64,000 nucleotides of DNA, taken from assembly GCA_963977015.1 (NCBI GenBank), contig CAXBMO010000004.1, forward strand, positions 32,001 to 96,000, given 5' to 3'. How positions within the stretch are numbered: position 1 is the stretch's first letter; every line of letters begins with the position of its first letter. The position numbers were made by a program, and so were the translations under genes. Source of the stretch: an uncultured bacterium (lineage in GTDB: Bacteria; Verrucomicrobiota; Verrucomicrobiia; Verrucomicrobiales; DEV007). Below are positions 58,327-64,000 of the stretch, piece after piece. A model generated the notes under the pieces. The model was not told the DNA's origin. It did not search any database and worked only from the letters and a program-made list of their open reading frames with translations.

Positions 58327-59025
58327 ATGAACATCCTGATTTCGCGAAACAACGAGCAATTTGGGCCCTATTCCGTTGATGAAATTGAGCAACACCTTCA
58401 GTCAGGCGCGATTGCCAATGATGAACTCGCATGGCGAGAGGGCCTTGCGGAGTGGATGCCGCTTCACACAGTTCTGCCGCCAAAAGTCGAAACTCCCCAA
58501 GCTCCCGTCCCCAAACCACAAACTCCCATCGCAACCGAATCTGGAGTCGCTGCCGCAACTGCCTTTCAACACAACCCCTACAGCCCACCTCAAAGCGTCA
58601 CCGGACAGAATGTTGCAGATGAGTATGAAACCTTTGAGTTTGCCGGGAAAGGTCAACGCCTGTTGAATTACTTCATCGATTACCTGGCGGTCATTGGCTG
58701 CGGATTCCTGCTGGGTATTTTCATCGCAATTGCGTTTGGTGACGAAGCTTTTGCCGTGATGGAAAGCATCCCGGAGTTTGTTCTGGGATTCATCATCTTT
58801 TCCATTTACTACATTGTCACTGAAGGAATCTGGAACCGGTCGCTGGGCAAGTTGATCACAGGAACGAAAGTGGTTCAGGAAGATGGGGGTCGCCCTACCT
58901 TCGCGCAAATCATCGGGAGGACTCTGTGTCGCTTCATTCCATTTGAAGCGCTGTCGTTTTTAGGAGAAGAGGGGTCGGGATGGCATGATTCCATGTCCAG
59001 CACACGAGTGATCAAAACGAGATAA
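58327..59025 (+). CDS. GYF_2 (DUF4339) + RDD family protein
   Basis: QFGPYS..LAWREGLAEWMP, NPYSPP, RLLNYFID, SLGKLITGTKVV, WHDSMS.TRV. Confidence 0.88.
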   Translation: MNILISRNNEQFGPYSVDEIEQHLQSGAIANDELAWREGLAEWMPLHTVLPPKVETPQAPVPKPQTPIATESGVAAATAFQHNPYSPPQSVTGQNVADEYETFEFAGKGQRLLNYFIDYLAVIGCGFLLGIFIAIAFGDEAFAVMESIPEFVLGFIIFSIYYIVTEGIWNRSLGKLITGTKVVQEDGGRPTFAQIIGRTLCRFIPFEALSFLGEEGSGWHDSMSSTRVIKTR

Positions 59026-59079
59026 AACGCGACCTGTCGTATGCCCGGTTGGTCGAGGCCGCCTCGCAGCTCCCTGGAA

Positions 59080-60183
59080 CTACAGCCATTTTCGCTTTCG
59101 GAAATACGCAAACATGAGTCCGCCGAGCACTCCGAACAAAACCCACATCGTGGGGTAGGCCCATTTCCAGGAGAGTTCCGGCATGTGCTTGAAATTCATG
59201 CCGTAGACACCGGCGAGAAACGTCAGCGGGAGAAAGATGGTCGCGAAGCTGGTCAGCACCTTCATCACTTCATTCATGCGCTGACTGAGAACGGAAAGAT
59301 GGAGTTCACGGAGTGAGATGATGGTATCACGCAAGACGTCGATCGACTCGTTCGCGTGTGTGGTGTGATCCTGAAGGTCGGACCAAAATATATCGGTGGA
59401 AGGATCTACGAGGTTCGATTTGATCCGCCTCATTGCGGTCGCAATTTCGCGCAAGGGGCGAACCACGCGGTGAAGATGATCGATCTGCCGCTTGGTGGCG
59501 TGGAGCCGGTCGCCAATTTCATCCGAGTCCTTCTCCTGAACCTCGTCCTCCAACCATTCCACTTCTTTGACCAAGGCATCCAGGGTCGCTCGGAAATGAT
59601 CGGTTACGGCATCGAGAATTGCCCACACCAGGTAATCGGACCCGCGTTTGCGGAGATACCCTTTCCCCGAAAGCAAACGCTGCTCAATCGGCGCAAACAA
59701 CTCCGAGGGTGCTTCCTGAAACGTGATCACCACCTGCCTTCCAAGGATCAATGAGAGGTGCCGTAGCTCAATGTGATCATTCGTGGCGACAAGCTCTTTC
59801 AAGGCAATGAAGACATAGTCGCCAAAGTCTTCCACCTTGAGACGGTGGTTCGTGTTGAGGACATCGTCCTGAACCAGTGGATGAATTCCGTAGTCGCTCA
59901 AGATTTTACCAATCGCCGTCGTATCATGAAGCCCACAAACCTGCAGCCAGGTTGGCGTGTCCGAGTGATCGAGACTGAGGCACTCGTCCAACGATGCGGA
60001 GGTCTTCTCGACAAGATCCGCCTCCGTGTAGTCGATAATGCGGAAAATCGGCTCCTCCATCCGCCGTTCTCCAACATGGATGAGCGTACCCGGCGTTGAC
60101 GCTGCCGGTCGTTCGTCGCGCACCGTGGAGACACGCAAAAACCGCAGCGATGAGCGAATCGCTTTTTCTAACCCGTTCGCCAT
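59080..60183 (-). CDS. corA: Magnesium/cobalt transporter CorA
   Basis: PGTL, IHPL..DD, RMNEVMKVLT, FLPLTFLAGVYGMNF..MPEL. Confidence 0.95.
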   Translation of the reverse strand: MANGLEKAIRSSLRFLRVSTVRDERPAASTPGTLIHVGERRMEEPIFRIIDYTEADLVEKTSASLDECLSLDHSDTPTWLQVCGLHDTTAIGKILSDYGIHPLVQDDVLNTNHRLKVEDFGDYVFIALKELVATNDHIELRHLSLILGRQVVITFQEAPSELFAPIEQRLLSGKGYLRKRGSDYLVWAILDAVTDHFRATLDALVKEVEWLEDEVQEKDSDEIGDRLHATKRQIDHLHRVVRPLREIATAMRRIKSNLVDPSTDIFWSDLQDHTTHANESIDVLRDTIISLRELHLSVLSQRMNEVMKVLTSFATIFLPLTFLAGVYGMNFKHMPELSWKWAYPTMWVLFGVLGGLMFAYFRKRKWL

Positions 60184-60992
60184 TACTTGGGAACTCGGAT
60201 TGCTTTAACCGGCTCTTCTTGGATCGGGGAACTCGAAGAAGTTGATTTCGGCTTATAGGACTTCTTCACCTCGGGCATCTCCGATTCCAACTTCTCAATC
60301 CGCTTTGAATCGAGCGGATGCGTGCTGAGAAATGCCGGAGTTTTGCCCCCACCCTGCTGCTTTTTATAGGCATCGAATCGTTTCCACAGCTTGACCGCCT
60401 CCTCCGGATCGTATCCGGCCTTCGCCATGTAGATCGCCCCAAGCCGGTCCGCCTCCAATTCCTGTTCCCGAGAAAACTTCAACAAGCGCAGCGTCGCAGC
60501 CCCCTGAGTCACAGCTTGCGCAGTGCCGCCTTTCATTCCGCTCTTCTTTTCGAGGACTTTCCCTGCCGCTGCCCCAATCGCAGATCCCACGACCGCATTG
60601 CTGATCCGTTCGCCCGAATGCCTTGCTTTTACATGACCCAACTCATGACCAATGACCGCCGCGAGCTGCGCCTCGTTCTCGACAATTTTGAACAACCCGC
60701 TATGAACTCCAACTTTCCCTCCCGGCAAAGCGAAAGCGTTGGGTGAGGCATCCTCAAAGAGCACGAACTCCCACTCCGCATTCTCCACCTTGACGATGGG
60801 AAGCAATCGCGCCGCGACCCGTTGAGTCATCTCGAACTCCGGTCCATTCTGAATCGCTTTGTGCGAAGCTTTGTACTTGATGAATTCTTCCTTCCCCATT
60901 TTGGCTTCCTGCTCCGGCGAAAGCAGATTGATCGCCATCGCGCAGACCGGCAGCGTGGCAAGCATGAGAAGGGGAACGATTTTGGATTTCAT
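60183..60992 (-). CDS. M48 family zinc metallopeptidase (YfgC/LoiP-like)
   Basis: PNAFALPGG, HELGH, FSREQELEAD, FLSTHP; stop overlaps the corA start (TAATG). Confidence 0.92.
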   Translation of the reverse strand: MKSKIVPLLMLATLPVCAMAINLLSPEQEAKMGKEEFIKYKASHKAIQNGPEFEMTQRVAARLLPIVKVENAEWEFVLFEDASPNAFALPGGKVGVHSGLFKIVENEAQLAAVIGHELGHVKARHSGERISNAVVGSAIGAAAGKVLEKKSGMKGGTAQAVTQGAATLRLLKFSREQELEADRLGAIYMAKAGYDPEEAVKLWKRFDAYKKQQGGGKTPAFLSTHPLDSKRIEKLESEMPEVKKSYKPKSTSSSSPIQEEPVKAIRVPK

Positions 60993-61054
60993 GAGGGTGT
61001 ATAAAGATAGATGCACGGGAATCACAAAAGCTTCACGACGAAAGATCTGCGGGT

Positions 61055-62812
61055 TCAAACTTTCCAGATGAGTGGGATACAGATCGTTGCCGTCAGCCAA
61101 AGCAAAAGGTTTAAGGGGAGGCCAATCTTGACGAAATCTCTGAAGGTATAGCCGCCTGGGCCGTAAACATAGGTGTTGGTTTGGTAACCAATGGGTGTGG
61201 CAAAACTGGCACTGGCACCAAACATCACCGCCACGAGAAACGCGCGAGGGTCGCTGCCCATTTTCTCGGCAACTTCAATCGATATTGGCGCAAGGAGAAT
61301 TGCCACCGCATTGTTGCTGATGATTTCGGTAAGGACAGAGGCAAGCAGGTAGAGGCCGGACAACACCACCACCGCGCCGAATGGCTCGAGCCAATTGGTG
61401 AAAATGCCAGCCACCATCGCGGCCCCACCACTGCTTTCCAACGCCACTCCGATCCCCAGCATCCCGGCGATCAGGAAGAGGATTCGCCACTCGATCGCGG
61501 CATACGCCTCCGCGGGTTCAACACAACGCGTCACCAGGACCAAAATCGCGCCAGTCAACGCGAGAATAAAGGGATCAATTCCCGCGATACCGAGAACGAT
61601 AAAGGCGGCCATGACGCCTACTGCAATCCAAGCTCGATCACGCCGGGGAGCCTGGCCCGGCGTTTCGCTCAGGTTGATGAAATCGCCCATTTCCAACAGC
61701 GCACCTGCAGAATCGTGCTCCGCCAAAATCAGCAGCACATCGCCAAACTGGAGGGGAAGATCCTCGAAATCTTCACGCAACTCATGTCCCTGCCGATGCA
61801 TGGCGATGACCTGCACACCGTAATCCGTGAGAAACCCCGCCTCGCGAATCGTCGACCCCAGAAAGCGTGCGTTTGGCCCGACAATCGCCTCCGCCCAGAG
61901 TGCGTTGCGTTTCTCCAACAATTCCAATCCGGACTCATCCGCCAACTTCAATTCCCGGTCGAGAGACTTCACAGATGCGCCATCGGCTCGCAACAACACC
62001 CGATCTCCAACTTTCAGCGGCAGCTTCTCCAGATTCTCACGCATCGCCAATCCATGGCGCTTCACTTCCAGCGCCATGGCGCGACCGGAGCGCAATACCG
62101 GAGACTGATTGACCGGTTTTCCGATCAGTCGTGATCCCGGCGAAACGACGGTTTGGACGAGAAATTGACGCTTCAGCTCCGGGCGAAATATGGCCCGGGC
62201 GGAGGCGCGATCCGGAAGAAATTTTCTTCCCACAGTCAACAAGTATGCCATCCCGACCGCTGCAGTAATCAGTCCGAGAGGAGCAATCTCGAACATGGAA
62301 AACGCAGGCTGCCCCAATTTCCTCGCGGCACCATCCACCAACAAATTCGTCGATGTTCCAACAATGGAGATTGTTCCCCCCATAATCGCAGCAAACGAGA
62401 GTGGAATGAGCAAACGCGAGGCATTCACTCCGGAATCGCGGCAAAACCCCAGCACAACCGGCATCAGAATAACCACGATGGGCGTGTTGTTCACAAACGG
62501 GGAAACGCACAAGGGAATCGCCGTAATCAAGAGGAGCGCTCGCCACTCACTCTTGCCCGCCAACCGGCAAAAACGCGCTCCCAATTCCGCGATCACTCCG
62601 GTTCGTTCCAAAGCAGCACTCAGCACAAACATACATGCCACCGTTACCAAAGCAGGGTTTGCCAAGGCCCCGCTGATCTGACTGGGCGAAAGGATTCCCG
62701 TCACCAACAGAATCGCCATTCCCGACAACGCCGCCAATTCCGGTTCCAGCCACTCGCGCCAGAGCGCCAGCAACACCGCGAAAATCACGACAAAAACAAG
62801 GATCAGGGACAT
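61055..62812 (-). CDS. SLC13/CitMHS-type permease with two TrkA-C domains
   Basis: FVNNTP, GTSTNL, two RCK_C repeats, ISNNA, SFATPIGYQTN. Confidence 0.92.
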   Translation of the reverse strand: MSLILVFVVIFAVLLALWREWLEPELAALSGMAILLVTGILSPSQISGALANPALVTVACMFVLSAALERTGVIAELGARFCRLAGKSEWRALLLITAIPLCVSPFVNNTPIVVILMPVVLGFCRDSGVNASRLLIPLSFAAIMGGTISIVGTSTNLLVDGAARKLGQPAFSMFEIAPLGLITAAVGMAYLLTVGRKFLPDRASARAIFRPELKRQFLVQTVVSPGSRLIGKPVNQSPVLRSGRAMALEVKRHGLAMRENLEKLPLKVGDRVLLRADGASVKSLDRELKLADESGLELLEKRNALWAEAIVGPNARFLGSTIREAGFLTDYGVQVIAMHRQGHELREDFEDLPLQFGDVLLILAEHDSAGALLEMGDFINLSETPGQAPRRDRAWIAVGVMAAFIVLGIAGIDPFILALTGAILVLVTRCVEPAEAYAAIEWRILFLIAGMLGIGVALESSGGAAMVAGIFTNWLEPFGAVVVLSGLYLLASVLTEIISNNAVAILLAPISIEVAEKMGSDPRAFLVAVMFGASASFATPIGYQTNTYVYGPGGYTFRDFVKIGLPLNLLLWLTATICIPLIWKV

Positions 62813-63088
62813 GGAAGACGGCCAAGTGCTTCAGCGACTCAACCTGACGAACCCTCAACGATCCGAACTTCGCGGGCAACTGGAATCATACATCCACGTT
62901 CGCTTTGGCAACGGGCACTCTCCTCATCAGAACCTTGATTGGTGTCCCCGCTCTTGATTTTCCGCTCCAGATGATCTCACAGCTCCTGAGAGCCATTGAA
63001 GCAAGCCTGGAGTCGATGTAAATCGATCGGGTTCAATTACGAGGCCGTGCCTACGATCATGAACCGGAATGCGGGGAATGCGAACCCC

Positions 63089-64000
63089 TCAACCTTCGGT
63101 CTGCTGGCGGCGACGCAATTCGTCGTCTTCCGTGGATATGACAGGAACAAAGGTCGCCCCTCCGCCTTCGCCCGCAATTTGGTTGGCCTCCATTTCAACA
63201 GAGATTGAACCTTGTGAGCGATCCACGTTGAACGGCCTTTCACCAAGCGGCGTGATGCCGTCAGCTCCAACAATTTGTCCCGTGCTGACTCCGCCGGTGC
63301 TGCCGGAACTGCCGCCTTGGTAAGATACCTTTCTTCCACGGATTCCATCTCCATCCAACAAGACGGGGTTTTCAACTTCCGGAAACGCCGGATTCAAAGC
63401 CGCATCTGGGTCGTTCAACACAAATTCGGATTGATCGAAAGATTCCGTGGACGGAATATTGAGCTCAAACGTCGGCCGAAAATTCGGAATTTCAGGAACC
63501 GTCGGAATAAAGACCGTGGTTGGAGTTGGTGAAGGAATGAACGGAACACTCGCAACGGACTTTCGAGGCAGTAACGGAATCGAGTCCTTCCCGCCCCTTC
63601 CTGGAGCTCCCGGCACTGAAACCGCTTCTCCGGAATAGAAAATCGTGTAACCAGATCCAACGAGATCGCCCACCGGCCCAAAACTGCCAAGCGGCCGTCC
63701 GTTGGCGTCACGGGTGAAGCCAAATTCCTGGGCAATGTTCTCATTGGATCCCAAAGTAGGAGTTGTGGGATGGAGATAAGAGCTGCCATTCAACAAGGTC
63801 CCTGAAGCGATCTGATTATTGTCGACCGTTCCCGGAGTTTCACCTGCTGGTAAACGGTCCGTCATGTAGATTCGCAACGCACCGCTGCTTCCAGACGTTA
63901 TGACGCCGACGTTTCCGGAACCATCGCCAATGTCATCAATGATTGTCAGGTTGCCTTGCCCGTTGGATGCGGGATCCCGGCTAACGGCAACAAAGGTATT
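63089..64000 (-). CDS. C-terminal part of a large Gly/Ser/Thr-rich exoprotein (5' end lies outside the window)
   Basis: Frame is open from the window edge (NTFVAVSRDPASNGQGNLTII...LRIY) to the stop at 63089; composition resembles adhesin/FHA-like proteins. Confidence 0.55.
   Translation of the reverse strand, partial: NTFVAVSRDPASNGQGNLTIIDDIGDGSGNVGVITSGSSGALRIYMTDRLPAGETPGTVDNNQIASGTLLNGSSYLHPTTPTLGSNENIAQEFGFTRDANGRPLGSFGPVGDLVGSGYTIFYSGEAVSVPGAPGRGGKDSIPLLPRKSVASVPFIPSPTPTTVFIPTVPEIPNFRPTFELNIPSTESFDQSEFVLNDPDAALNPAFPEVENPVLLDGDGIRGRKVSYQGGSSGSTGGVSTGQIVGADGITPLGERPFNVDRSQGSISVEMEANQIAGEGGGATFVPVISTEDDELRRRQQTEG

Noticed and set aside
1-64000. tRNA, rRNA, integrase, phage or defence genes
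   Set aside because: No cloverleaf or rRNA-like segments in the intergenic gaps and no such protein motifs seen by eye; tRNAscan and Rfam were not run.

Overview
GC-rich bacterial window, most likely a PVC-superphylum genome (Verrucomicrobiota is inferred from gene content: DUF1553/DUF1501 and DUF1592/DUF1552 modules, sulfatases, orphan pseudopilin). All product calls rest on recognised motifs; no database search was run. (1) 0-5.2 kb: edge of a glycan locus with pseB-pseC, a GbsR/MarR-type regulator and an O-antigen-ligase-like protein. An ops/JUMPStart-like leader lies ahead of pseB, and pseC carries two heptamer-repeat inserts. (2) 5.2-17.7 kb: two cytochrome-c/DUF1549/DUF1553 + DUF1501 modules with a sulfatase, a sialate-O-acetylesterase-like gene and a GspG-like gene wedged into one module. 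(3) 17.7-25 kb: moaC, mogA, rlpA, trpB, a BtuF-like + DUF6580-like pair and DUF3500, plus two kinds of palindromic REP/MITE-like repeats. (4) 25.3-53.3 kb: about 28 kb of mostly secreted, largely uncharacterised glycan-modifying enzymes (four esterases, heparinase-like, GH16-like, two beta-helix proteins, sulfatase, two FAD oxidoreductases, DUF1552/DUF1592) with no transporter inside. (5) 53.4-64 kb: K+ channel, TerC, an apparently frameshifted DUF3857-transglutaminase, RDD, CorA, M48 peptidase, SLC13 permease and the 3' end of a large exoprotein. No rRNA, tRNA, CRISPR array or transposase was seen.
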